A program made the translations under genes and the position numbers. The notes beneath the pieces are model-generated. The model was given only the letters and a program-made list of their open reading frames with translations. It had not been told where the DNA came from and searched no databases. From NCBI GenBank assembly GCA_035084275.1, contig CM068747.1, positions 2,232,001 through 2,296,000 of the forward strand: DNA of 64,000 nt. The letters run 5' to 3'. Source of the stretch: Hydrolagus colliei. Lineage: Eukaryota. Positions 36,432 through 50,100 of the stretch are shown here, in pieces; position 1 is the first letter of the stretch, and every line of letters begins with the position of its first letter.

Positions 36432-38599
36432 GTAAGAGTTCAATTCCGAGGCTGCCTGAGGCTTGTTACAGAAATGTACCTTTGTGTGTTACATCAAAAA
36501 GCTCGGTGACCATGCGTAACCTACACCACATACAGTACATAGATTCGCTGAAAGATTTCACAACCCTGGAAGGATGGAATGCAATGCAATGGGCAATCTT
36601 AATCCTAACAAATCTCTTTCATGGATCTTGTTGAGGTACAGTACTGCACTGTGGCCAATTGGCCCCTCATCTTGGTTCTCAATGGAGACTTTCCATTTAA
36701 CAACATGTCTGTCATCTGTGGTCTGAAACTTCAGGAAATGTGGAGTGTGATACTTGCTTCATTCCACCGAGTCACAAGGTGTTCAAGCAACTGATTAATG
36801 GATGCTACTCGGCATTAATGTTATGTGGATGACTGTGCACTTGACATAGACCATGAGAAACATCCCCTTAATGTAGTGGACCCCAGCAGCATTTCATTGA
36901 GCACCCCTGGGTTGTGCAATCTGTTGTGCAAAATACTGTATATGCGTTTGCAGCAGAATCCTGTTTACAAGAACATTCCCTCAGCAAGTAAATAGCACTT
37001 TTATTTAATAGACTTTATGAAGCAAAAACTGCCATAAATATGGGAATTATAGACTAGGGTGTCTCAAGAAACATGTTAACACTTGGATGGGTGCCTATTA
37101 ATTTGTTTCTGCACCCATGCTGCCAGTAAATTAGATTGCATTTCTGGACTTGATCAACAATGTGTGTAAAAAAAAATTAAATCAATTCTAAAACATTCAG
37201 ATATTCTCATGATTTAAATGATCAGCTTCTGGTACAGATTGATACAGGTCAATAGTTTAAGTTACACTGAGACCATAGAACAAGAGGATGTAGGTTTAGA
37301 GACGTAAAGCAATTTCAGGGCAGACACCAGGAAGTTTTTTCTTTACCCAGAGGGTGATTCCATGTTTTAACAACTCTCTGCATGCATAGGTTCTGCCCGA
37401 CTTTCCCACCCGTTTAACTTATCCAGTGACAACATTGATCTTAAGACCCTTATTTTCTGATCTACTAAACAGGAAATAATCAATTTACCAAAGGGTAAAT
37501 ATGTCACACATTGCTGTCCTTAAACCTTTCAGAATGTTGTGACTTGCATTGGATCTACTCTTATTCTTTTCTGTTTCAATTACAATAGAACAAATTTGTC
37601 AAGCCTTTGCACATAATCATAATCTCTCAAAACAATATGCATCCAGCATGGGTTCCCCCAGGCGCAGCACAAACTACAATCCCAAAACATCCCTCGCCTG
37701 TGCCTTCTAAATTTCAGCCATGTGTCATCAATTTACTTTGAATACCAATGCGCATTAATTTTTTCAATCAGTCTTATGTGGCACCTAATGTCATGCCTTT
37801 TGAAAATCCATATATCTACAAGTAGATCATATAGATGTATGCATATGTATGTATGTATATATATATATATATGTACATATATATTGAAATTGTCTAATTT
37901 CCTTGCCCTGTAGATTCTGTGATTTCTTCAAAAAAATTCAATTTAATTAGTCAAGCATGGCCTGGCCTTTACAAATCCATAGCAACCCTTTTCCTTTATG
38001 TTGATTAATTTATTTCAAAGACTGCTGACTATTAAAGGGTTTGTGTCACACACTCCATTTTCCATCAGCATATTGTGCTTTGTAATTTTCTAGAGTTATT
38101 TTGCAATTTAAGCATTAGAAGCCCAGTTGATATCATGCGCAGTGTAAAGAGTTAATGAGTCGTGCACATCACTTAAAGCATGCACAACAGGATTATGGTT
38201 CATAAGATGCCAATTTAACTTTAATTAGAAACCTATTCAAAAAGCCTGGTTATCAGCCCTTCTCAGACCCTTTTATTCCTAATGTATGACTATACATTTA
38301 CTCTTTCTGCAGATTGTTTCTCTTCCTGAAATCATTTGGAGTTTAATTTAGCCATGTTTATTAACAATTGTGCATTAACACAATCGTCAATAGGGTGTTC
38401 AAGATATTATTGTGCTATCAATAGCACCACATTGTGAATGTTTCACTCTCTGCCTGGGTTTGCTGTACAGTGTAAGCTTACCTGATGGCTAATAAGTTTT
38501 CAGAATGTGTTATTGGCTGAGATTAAACCGAGCTCTCTTTCGGTGAATCTCCCTGATATGGAAAAGCGACATTACACAGAGGAGAGGAAATAAGAAATT

Positions 38600-39150
38600 A
38601 AATGGAGAAAAAAATAGAGGGATCAGAGGTGAGAGTTGTTCTCCCCTAAGCAACTGAAGGGATGTAAAGATACGAAGCAGGTGGTTAAGATGTGAACACT
38701 AAGAAATCTGAGGATTCTAGAAGAGGCTGGAAGAGATAGGAAGATAAGTGCATACGATATAAGACCCAAAATATTTGGTTTGGTTGATAGGCTATGAGGA
38801 ACTGTTGTACACTGTACAATGATATTGCCTTGTAACATCAAGCAAATTAAAGTCTACAATCCTGGTGGAGATATGTAAGATTTTCGATTGGGTTGAGAGA
38901 GAAAGTAAACAATCATTTTGGAGACACCGAGACAGCAGAGCAAGAAGGCAAAGATGTAGATTGCAAAGGGTAATTTCAGGCCAGACACCAGGGAGTTTTT
39001 TTTTCTTGGGTAGAAATAACACCTGGAATAGATTATCAGGAGGGGTGTTGGGGGCCAGGACACATTTACGAATATAAACAGCTTGATGCTATGACAGGAA
39101 GACGGTAATGTGGATATTCTTAATGGATGAGATCAAAGGAACCAAAAGGC
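38600..39150 (+). mobile_element. Degenerate CR1 ORF2 C-terminus and 3' end fragments
   Basis: caagaaggcaaagatgtagattgcaaagggtaatttcaggccagacaccagggagtttttt..., similar to 37280-37380 and the reverse of 63020-63090. Confidence 0.55.
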
Positions 39151-40286
39151 TGGCATAATAAGAACACATTAATCTTGTGATCTTGTGTCTTCCGCTTTTC
39201 TGTTTTGTTCCAGTAATCTGTTGTGTTTCTGTCCATGAAACTGTGAAACCATTGGAATCTCTCGATGTACTGTGCCTTCCAGTGCATAATAGGTTTATAT
39301 CAGCAGTTTCAGGTGCTGCTCTGTCACGTTTAGAGTTGGCGTTGTCTCACTGACGCAGATAACTCAACCTCCTCCCACTCCCAACTGATTGTTCCTTTGT
39401 GTCCAGTGTTTTTTTTTGTTAACACCTGTCTTTACTGCTGGCAATATAGCTGACAAATTGGGGAGTTTTCAGCCAGTTGAGTTCCAGACACAGCCTCCTA
39501 CAAAACACGCTGTATAGTACGAACACTGCTAGCACAAATGCCACCATACCCAGAAGTGTTGCCAATTCATACATTTATTTACACGCCCACATAAATACCT
39601 GCAGCGTTCAAACAAACACATCATTTTCCTTTTAAATACAGTGATTGGAATATTATTAAAAATATGTGATGGGAGAGCAAATTGTACAATTGTCTTGGCT
39701 TCGGAAGGATACACCTGTGGGGCTCTGTGCAGTTTGGTCGTATTATTTCAAAAAGGACATTCGATTGTTGAGAGGAAGTGGGGTGGAAGGCTGCCCGATT
39801 AGCTTAGACCTTCGAGGCTGATGGACTCAACGGAAGTACTTGAAAACAGCACCAAAGGAAAAAAAACATTGAGTAAAATATTCTGGGTTATTACATTTGG
39901 AAATTTCAGAATCAAAGGCTGGAAAGTGTACACTTCACACCCCCAGCACTTCAGTCTCCTCCCTACTTCTCTAATCTGCTTACACCCCACTCTTCTCCCA
40001 ACCCCTTTCAATTTCAGTTCACTACAGCCTCCCATAGATTCCTCCTTGGTTTCGCATCAAGCTCAGTGCTAAGGTCTCCAAGACGCTAACCCCCCCATGA
40101 TAGGTGCTTGGGGCTTTTCAATATGCTCTTTAATTGAGAATCTTTTAATACTGGGAGGGCAGGTAGACTACGCCATGCCTTGGAAAGTCACTGCATTCAC
40201 AGCAGTGTCTCACACCTCTGTTGGGTTGGTCGTACCTCTTTCCAGCAACAATGTAATGAATGTACTTGTTTGTTTATGGTTGTCAG

Positions 40287-40441
40287 GGCCCCGACCACTG
40301 TACTAAATGTTCCAATTACATGGACGGCCCCAACTGTGTGGAGAAATGCCCAGACGGCCTTCAGGGAGCCAGCAGTTTCATTTTCAAGTTTGCTGACTCT
40401 ACAAACGAATGCCATCCTTGCCATTCAAACTGCACCCAGGG
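40287..40441 (+). CDS. ERBB4: ERBB4 exon 15
   Basis: tgtcag|GGCCC...CAGGG|gtaagt; 155 nt; [52 protein letters not shown]. Confidence 0.96.
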
Positions 40442-43400
40442 GTAAGTGATCAATGTACTGAAACGTGCAGAGTGCCCAGTGCAGCCTGTTCGCCTAAGGA
40501 TTGCGGAGGATGATGCAGACATGATTAGGTTTGAAGAATTGGCTAAGGAGAAGGTGAAAACGCTTCTTTTCACACCGTACTTTCACAGTGTCGGCATTTT
40601 TTTTTTGGGGGGGGGTTCTTTAAGGCTGTAATTGAAACGTTTGTCATTGATAAACGTAATTTAATTCCAGTAGGTGTTTGCTACATTAGGAAATGAATTT
40701 GTTTCAAACAAGTGAAAGGCTTCAAATCTGATTGACGGCAAAGACAGAGTAAGTGTTGCTTGGTACATTCATCAAATTAAGTCAATAAATATTAAGTGTG
40801 TTGGCTAATCTTAACAGCTCAAGTCGAGCATTGAAAAATAGACCTCTTTTTGTGTGTTGTATTGCAATTGGGACACTTATGAATGACGGTGAATATCATT
40901 ATGCTGATAGGAGCCGAAACAGATTTAACAGTTGTCTGAAATGTCTCATAACTGGGGTTATACCCATAAACTATATTGTTTTATTGAGCGATAAACACAA
41001 GTAAAAGACTCCATTCCGCCTTGCATTATGATTACGTTTAAATAAAGCAAATAATAAACAAATAAGCAATTTCAGTGACGTTGTTGTGAAGTTTGTAAGT
41101 GTAAACGATGTCCACTGTCAGTGATTGTCAGTGTTTTTTGATTGCCTCCTCCTCCCCTCAAAAGAGTAGTTTGGCGTCCATTCTTCCAACAATGGAGATG
41201 GCTGTGACACTGCTGTTTGCTGTGCTTCATTGCGTACTGGAGCCTGCCTTGCATTTGAAAATTGGGGTGGTGGGGGGTATGGAGAGAGAGAAAAACTTAA
41301 TTATCCAATTCAAAAGAAACCAAAATTGGAAACTTCTCTCCCAGCCGGGACAAAATGTGTGGATAGTGACAATGACTGAAATTGTCCTCTGTATTGAATT
41401 GAACCAGTTTCCCACGGAGCAATCTAGTCTCTTGTTTTGTAACTGTGCTCCAAGACAGGTGCGCCGCGAATAGAATGATAGCGCACAGAAACAGTCCTTT
41501 TGACCGAACTGTGCTGGGTGTTTATACTCCACCAGCCCTCTCTCTTCCTATTCCTATTCGACTCTCCTTTATCCCTCTATTCCTATTGTTCTGCTTTGGA
41601 CCTATGCAATAACATTTCACGTTGAAGCAAACGTGGTCAGTGATCTATTTTCATCGATGAAAAGTTCCCCGCTGAAGATTAAATACACTATCTGGTCCAT
41701 CTGGAAATAGTGTATACTTTATACTGTACATGCGAATGGTGCCTGGTTTCACAACATATACTACATTTGCGTGCAGCAGGTACAGTTCATACAGTGTAAT
41801 GTACCAATCCGCAGTCTCAATGGATGGGTGGGGTGGGGGTTCTCGGACAGGTTCAGTCCTTGAAGCAGCCTGCTGCTGTGCTGTCCATTGCTGTAAGCTC
41901 GTGTAACACCAGATACAGTCTGCTGTAGCGCTGACATTCCCAGCACCTCACTGAAACTTTTGTCAGCTTTTTTTAAAAAAAATTCTCCACTCTGTATGAA
42001 AATCGCAAAGGGCACTGCGTTAAAACACAATTAAATATATATTGAGACCTGCTCCTATCAGGATGTGTTTCAAGTTGACCAGCGACTCCTTGGTCGCTGA
42101 TGTTCCCACAAGACGCCAGGAACCATCCTTGGCCAATAAATTCTGTTGGAGCTGAGTTCTGGCTGGTCAGCATGAGATATGCTCCCGTCTGCCTCTCAGT
42201 CACCAACACCTCGTCGCAAGATATAATAATGGTGAATTCCTTTACAAATCCCGACTACACCAGAGTTTAAAATTCAGGATCCAGATTGTACGAGAGTTAA
42301 AGTTGTTTAGCTACCTAATGCTCCTGACTCAAGAGACTATTTTTCCAGTACTTTTTTCCTAGTCCTTCTCCTTGATTTTTTAAATATTGTTTTCCGTACA
42401 GTTTTCCAAGTACTGAGTAATGCCACCAAAGGAAAACATATAGAATTGTAAACCACAAGGCAATGCTTTTCTTCGCCTTTATACTTCGGTAGCCACATAA
42501 GAGCAAGTGTTTCTTTATAAAACAGAGTTAATTTAACACTTCAGACACTAACGCAACACAAATCACAAAAAAAGCAAACAAACTCGGGGAGGGGGGAAGA
42601 CGGCTTTGACGTTGTCTCAGTCCCTCAATGTGTTCGAACACACCCTACACTGTAGGTTTCATCCGATATGGAGTATTTATAATTAGCTGTTTCCTGTAAC
42701 AGATCTACTCTTTTCCATCTCACTGCTGATGTTTCTTTCTCCTCGGCTATTTTTCTTCATGTATTTTCTGTGATTTTTCTTTCCTTTTCCTCGTCTGCTC
42801 TATATCCCTCACTACCCCTCTACTTTTCATTCTTCCCTTCTCTTTCCCTCACTCGCTCCTGAGAGATCTGTCACCTGGACCTCCCGAGATGACCATGTTG
42901 TCTGCTATGGCAATATGTCAACTCTGTGTTTCTCAGTACTTTTTGGTTTTGACTGTACTTTACGGCCAGTCATTCGTGAAATGAAAGTCCCGCAGACGGC
43001 ACTCGGTTAAGGTCTCCCAAGGGGTGGGCGCAATGGGAAGGGAAAGCCGGCAGAAGAGAGAATCCAACACTTGGTGCCTCGTGTGGATAATTGAAAACCA
43101 ACATCCCCCTGAAAGAGATTGTGTGGGGTTGAAGGCCATCTGCTGGGGAAAACGTGGTGACATAGACGAAGGGGTTGAATGTACTATAGGTTATTAAATC
43201 CAGTTTAAATGTGAGATCTGCTTTGTGTTTCAGGACAGTGAGGTTTTAGAAATTGAAATTGATAAACTGCGAGATCAAACCGAGAGCGGTTCGTCAGTTC
43301 TATATCCCATTTCTGAAATACGCAGCATCCAGAGGGGAGAGGTTTTTCTTTGCCCATGCGGTGGGAGTCACGACAGCACAATGACAAAAAGATAGATAGT

Positions 43401-43975
43401 CCCACAATCAAATGACAAGATTTGATGAGCAATCCTGGTTATCTAATAATGCGCTGTCCAGGGATCCATCACTCACTGATCAGTAGACTACTACTTGCAG
43501 TCTTTTCATTGTGTGTTATAATGGGATTTCCCCATTCGAAAGCCACACTGAAAAAGAGCAAACTCCTAGATGATTGGCATGCAGCACAGCCCCACTCCAT
43601 GTAGTTTAAGTAAATGCCGTCCTGAAGATTGTTATATAATACAGAACTGGTAACTGGTGAATTCATAAACTATATCCATTCTTCGTAATCACTGGTTCAT
43701 TCCATACAGATCACATTGTCATTGTTCCTGCTTTGGCACACTGTCAAAACACTTTATTTGTTAAGTCTATAATTTTTTTTTGAACACACGAGATTTGGGG
43801 TTTTCAAGTGCACTGGCAGATTCCCAGGAAGGTAAAATGCCATCCGTCCAAAGCTATAATTTAACCATTGTTGAGTGTGATATGGTAACGTTTTAAAGAT
43901 TATAATTACTCTGTTAACATGAAGATTTTTGTTTTTTCCCCCTGAATAACGGCATTCAACTTTCCTGTGCTGCAG

Positions 43976-44020
43976 GTGCATAGGGCCACATACACAGGAC
44001 TGCACCGGGATGATGGATAG
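43976..44020 (+). CDS. ERBB4: ERBB4 JM-b cassette exon (non-cleavable juxtamembrane isoform)
   Basis: ctgcag|GTGCA...GATAG|gtacta; 45 nt, phase 2-2; CIGPHTQDCTGMMD(R) versus mammalian JM-b CIGSSIEDCIGLMD(R). Confidence 0.93.
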   Translation: MHRATYTGLHRDDG

Positions 44021-44041
44021 GTACTATTGTGTGCTGGCTGC

Positions 44042-44047
44042 TGCATG
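44042..44047 (+). promoter_or_regulatory. TGCATG RBFOX-binding motif in the 83-nt intron between JM-b and the JM-a remnant
   Basis: Exact TGCATG 21 nt downstream of the JM-b donor; function is inferred from position only. Confidence 0.5.
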
Positions 44048-44103
44048 CTGCGCTGTGTGAATGTTGGTGAAAATGGGTGATATTATGCTCTAATTGTGTA
44101 CAG

Positions 44104-44181
44104 GTGTACACAGGCTCCACTCTCCATAACCGCATTATCTGTCCACGGATGGCTCTCTCCCAACTTTCCACAGCGCGCTGG
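44104..44181 (+). pseudogene. ERBB4: Degenerate ERBB4 JM-a exon (pseudoexon or possible terminal exon)
   Basis: Acceptor gtgtacag|GTGT. Removing a 2-nt and a 1-nt insertion gives CTGSTLHNRIICPRMALSQLPQRAG, colinear with mammalian JM-a [25 protein letters not shown]. It ends GCTGG|ataaca, with no GT donor. Confidence 0.82.
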
Positions 44182-47100
44182 ATAACACCCAACCGCATTT
44201 CCATTCTGTTCCACTCTTTCCCACCCGCACTCACGTTGCGTGAAATTATTTAAAATGAAGCGATGGATAAATAATGCAAATGGGAGCCTTTCGATGATGA
44301 CTCCTATTAAATCATCAAATTAACCTACTAATCAGCCCGCCGTAAAAATGAGGTTTTGATGAGGACTTATCAATGAAATGAGCTCCACTTTCGCGGCTTG
44401 TTCTATTTCTGTTTGCTCGTGTTTCTTTATCAGTCGAGGATGCTTTTCCAATAGAATCTGAAGTGTTTTGCTAATTGCCCTGGGTTACCCGCAGGGGCCT
44501 GGTCTCTTAGCCCAAAGTTTGAGATTTCCATAAACACATCTGGCTCAATGTAAGCAGAGGTCTGGCATTTACCAGGTGACATTTCTGTTGGGATAATAAA
44601 TAAGGTCTTTTGAAATCACAGCTTTCTTTAATTACCTGTGTCACATCCCAGTACTTCCACCAGCTTCCTGACCTTTTCTTTTCCAGACCATGCAAATTCC
44701 ACGATTGAATTAACACTTGTTTTCATTGCAAGGGAAATAAAGCATCCGAGACCAAATTGATACTGCCTTAATATGTGTTGGGTCAACAGTCCCATGGTGA
44801 TAGATAGACAGAGAGGCAGAGAACAGATCTGACTGATTGCTTTGCTCACTGAATTTTGCTGCCGATGCAATTCTCTGACACTGATGCAGATATGACAAAG
44901 AAAATTGATTTTAATTCAGTCAAACAGCTTTCCACAGATTGATGATATTTTGCAGCAGAAAATATGTTTCCGTATGGTATGAAACGCTGCAAGGAATCCT
45001 TTCAGTGACACTAAAGAGTTGGTTGTGTTTAATCAATCCGACATTGGTGGTGGGTGAGGGGCTGGGGGTTGATGATGTGATCCTAATCTGCATATTACTT
45101 CCACTGCCAATTTGTCCCCAGTTAAAGCTGGATCTTTCACGGCTCTTTCCTTTGGCTCAGGTCCAACCTTGTCCATCATGGAAAAGCATTTTTTTCCCCC
45201 AAGTAAACCATGCATTAGATTTTATGCTGAAACACAGCAAACAATGAGTTTCAAGCAGGAGCTCAACCTTGGGGGGGGAGTGGGGGGGCGTTCTGCATGG
45301 TTTGCGTGTCCGCTCAGTTCTCTACACTTGCCCTTTAGGACACTGTCAGAAGTGCTTGATTACCTAGCAGCTCATCGCCGGACACCTATCTATATTTCTA
45401 ATTCTTTTGATATTTTAATATTGACCTTCAGAGGGAAGCCTTTGTTTATTCTATGCTAATTATTCGCACATATCAATAATCCGATCCTCCCTCTGAGCCT
45501 CTCAAGCCTCCACTTAGTGTGAGATGCTTTCCGATGTGGTCCTTTTTTCATAGCCACCTTCAATGTTTCAGCATGATCAGACAGAACCCCCCTCCTCACA
45601 GTAAGCAAGCCCCCCCACCAGTGATTGCTTCCCTATTGAACCAGAGCATCCATATCCCACTGCGGTGAAGAGCTCCCTCTTACACAAGCCCATTCAACAA
45701 TAACAAGTACCTCAGATAGAAACGGAAATTGCTGGGAAGCGCACAGCTCGTCAACCAGCAAGTGTGGGTTAATCTTTTACATGTGACCCAGATGACAGGT
45801 TAATCTATCTTCCACTTTCCGCTGCTGATCAGCCTGAAATGCATTACGGTCATTTTCTGTTTTATATTAAATTTCTAACACTCAGTATTTATCCTTTATG
45901 TTCAGTGTGGGGAAGAGTCCTGGGCAAACGCTGGGATCAAACGCTCTCTTTATTTATTCATTTCTATTGGTACCATTTGACATTTGTCAGGCCCAATATC
46001 CAATTTTAAACTCTGCGTTTCTCTATCTTTCCATTAATTTATTCTATTTATTGCCCGACCCAGAATAAATTCTGTGAAATGCCTCGAGACATCTTGACAA
46101 AGTGAGAAGCCACTGTATTTAAATGCAAGGATTATGATTTATTGTACACCCAGTTTCAAATGACTTCCAACATGGTCAGTTGGCTTGGCTGCTGACAAGG
46201 ATTGCAATATTTTGCTTGATTTGCACTTCAATGAAGGAATCCGGAACAGGATAGTGGGATTTATAATCTTGCGTCCGTGTTTCTCAGAGACTCTGTACCT
46301 GAATTCATGCGCAGACCAACATTATGCGACATTAATTTTCTAATGTTATTCAAACGTTAGATGTAGTAACATTGAAAACAGACCCTCAAAAAATTCCTGG
46401 GACCTTCCGAGAAGAGATAATTATTCAGTGGGCGACTAAATCAATCTGCTTTGGCCTTGTTTATTATGAAGTGATGAGAATCAGACGCCAAACCTGCCTC
46501 TGAAAGCCAAGTCGTGCCAGTGTGAATTGCTTTGGTTTTGTGCTTCATACAGCTGACTGATAAACTCATATTAGCAATATTAACTGGTCGTACAATTCTA
46601 ATTTATATTTAGGTCTGGGGAGCTCTAATCTGGGACTGAGCACTTAAAAAAAAAAGTTGCTTTTAAGAAGTTATGCATCTTGTCTTGTTGGCATCTGGAA
46701 GCAGATCAGCTGTGCTTGGAGGAGAAAAATCTGTCCATGATGCAGTAAGAATGAACAGGACTATAGCAACTTATCTCCTCCGGAAACCCCTCACAAAGTT
46801 AATCCTTGTTTATTCGTTAGAAACCTACTTTGTTTTTTACAGCTGTTGATGAAACTTTTAATGAAACAGAGAACATAGAACTCAATAGGCCAGTTGTACA
46901 CTACTATTATTATTCACTCACTTCCTATATGATTGGCTGACGCGTTTCGCCCTCAAAAATACACTTTATATTGTGCTTTATATTCTGTAAAGCACTTTGG
47001 GATGTCTCCGCGAGATGATAAGATGCTGCATTAAATTGCAAAGCTGATTGTATTTATCTGGGCGCTAAACAGTTCAACGTGGATAGGAAGGGTCTCAACT

Positions 47101-50100
47101 ATAACACCCAAATTGTGTTGGGATGGTTCGCTAAATTGTTACTTTAGGCAATTCTGGTAGGGAGCTTGTTTCATCATAACGCCAGAGCAGTGTCTATTAG
47201 AGCCTTATTGTTGGGCTAATCATTGTGAGTTGTTTGAAGTTTCACAGAAACAAGAATAATTCATCTGTGCGGCATGGGAAAGTAGCTCAGTTGGTCAGAA
47301 CTGAAAAAGTGCACCAAATCTACAGTCAATTCACTTCACCGTATATTCGGTGAAGCTCATTGAGACGTCTCGAAGACATGAAAAGGCGCTACATCAAATG
47401 CAAGGGTTAATATATGAAGCATGCAGAGCATATGGGAATCCCATGTATGTTGATTAAATTAATTGTTTCCCATGTCCCATAGCAGCTGAGATGGGATATT
47501 TTATTAATTTTATACATTGATACAATTTAATAATATCCAGTCATAAACTCATAATATAAACCACGGCTGTCCAACTGGTGGGGCGGGCGGGGGGGGAATC
47601 TAAATCTCTTTTGTTCCATTTTTTAAAATATGATTTGAATTATATATTCAGTGTATCTTGATTTTGTCCCTTTGTTGGTTTTGCAATTATGGATTAATCT
47701 ATTTGGGGTTTTTTTAAGCACTCTCTATAGGGCTTCCATAAGTTGAATAGTCTACGGGAGGTCTTTAATACATAAACATTAACTTGATGCCTATATTATT
47801 TCCATTTGAGATTATCTTTCCTTTGTTACTTGTTAGGGCAATTCAATTGTTTTATTTGAATTCACTCAATTATTTCTGTCACTTTCATTGTTTGCCCGTG
47901 GTTCAATGATTGCTCTTGTAGATATATCTTCTTTATTGACGAGTGATTTATGGGTTTAAAATGTGTATACATTTTTACATCGTCCATTTAAAGTTTGCAT
48001 TGTACCTAAAATGTAATGAAATTAAGCAATGCAGTTATACAATTTAAAAACATAGGATTTCTATGTGATTCTTAGGGGATATGTTTCCCAGAAGGGGAAT
48101 ATTCAAAAATATTGCGTATGTTCCTTGTGGACTTTTACTCAAATCCAGCAGTCACATTGTTGGACTATCCTGAGGTAAACTGTGGCCAGCACTTTGTGAG
48201 ACTGGTATCTTGAATTTACACCATGACTATATTATATTGCTAGATGGGCTCTGGAATTGGATTTACCATCCAACATGAGAGGCTTTCCAGCTAGGCTGTG
48301 GGTAGCCGACACGCTGCATTAGTAGAGTAACTCAAGGGTGGAACTTTACCCCACAAATGTTGACCTTTCTACCTAAAGCAGCACGCGATAGAATGTGATG
48401 TTCACTCACTCCCTTCTTCCCTCCCTCTTCTCGTTCGAGACATCCCTGATAATGTAACTCGTTTCACCAAGCTTTCAGGCATTACTTTCCCCCATTGCTC
48501 TGTGCTCGGCTCCCACCCCCAGTTTGGTTGCCTGTCCAGTTTTGTCGAGCGCTTTGTCAAATGTTCACCCAGTGGGGGAAAGGTGGTGTCCGTAGGCACG
48601 GTTGAATTGGAAGGTCTGAAGATGGGGGAAAGGAAGGGGCAAAGGCGGAGGGATAGAGGACGAATGTACTCTTACGCTCTAGCTTCGGGGGTTTCGGGGC
48701 ACAGTGGCTGAAGGAACATAAAAGAGCCTCTTGTCAAGCTTCAGTATTTATGAGACTCCCTGTCGATAATGCATCAGTCTGACATTCTGGAAAAGACACC
48801 CTATGAGCAGGCCAGTCTGTCTTCTGTTTGAAGACAAGTATGTTTGTGAGTTTCCCTCTTTTCTCGTGAATCTTACTGTTTCTCTGGAGATTTGACAATT
48901 CTGTGTGCATTGTGAGAGGGGAGGGAAACAAAAAGTTCTAGCCGTGCCACAAAATATACAACGTTACGCAGCTAATTGTAGGAAATAGTTTATAAACACC
49001 TAGGTATGTACGGCTGGGAAATTGTCGGCAAATACAAATGAGTTTAGCATAAGAAGTTTTTAACATATAGATTAACGGAAAGAACTTTTCGGAAACTGAC
49101 ACGGGCTGACCTCTAGTGGCTCATCAAATCAAAATGCCGCAAAGCATTTCACACGTCGAGCGTATTGACCATTTGTTTTGGTAGGCAGGTTCAGCAATCA
49201 TTTGTGCCTGCGAGATTCAACAAGTAGCCAAAATAAAATGGTTCATTTAATTTCATTGCTTATTGTGGGGCATTGGGGTGCTCAAATTGGGTGTTACACT
49301 TGCTCACAAATAGTCACTGTGCTTCACAGTAAAATCCCGTAAAGGACATTGAGACATCTCAGCAATGTCTCGGTAAGGGAAGGATTATTATTATTATATG
49401 AGGTGACAGTTAACATGAAAGACTATTGGCCAGGACTTTGCTATGAGAGGGTATCAACCCCACATACCAGACCACCACACTCCATCATTTAAATTTGCTT
49501 TCCACACACACACACACATTTTTCCTCTTCTCTCTTTCTTCTCTGTTCAATGCAGGATGGGCTGTAATTACTTTTCTATATCAGTACAAAGGAAATAGTA
49601 AATGCTACTTATTTCTTATCATATTTTTTAATCCATTTGCAAAGGAGACGCTTTGAGCTGAAAGGCGATGCCTTCCAAATTATTAATAAAAGTAGTTTGA
49701 ATTGCAAAAGATTAATTAGGCTTTGGTTCTGATTCCCTTTAAATCACCTTTCCTTTGTAAAGTTTGATGCTGCCTGCAATCTCTGCTTTGCTCTTTTGTT
49801 TGAATCTGAATGCGTTAATTTTCACCCCCCCCCCCACCCCTCCCCCCCCCCCCCAAGTAATAGAATCATATTCAAGTGATGAATAGTTCTAATTGAAAAC
49901 AAGGAGTCTGATTAGCTTGAATTTGTGAGCTGTGACTGGGATTTGTATGAGTGAAGTGAGTCCGTTCCTGATACAGTACAAGACCAACTTGCACGAGCTT
50001 GGACCCATCTGCTAACTCCAGTCGCTCGAGTCACTTTTATAATACGTTTATTAAGAATCTTTCATATCGGTTGGACACCTCCAAATCTTTAACAATAACC

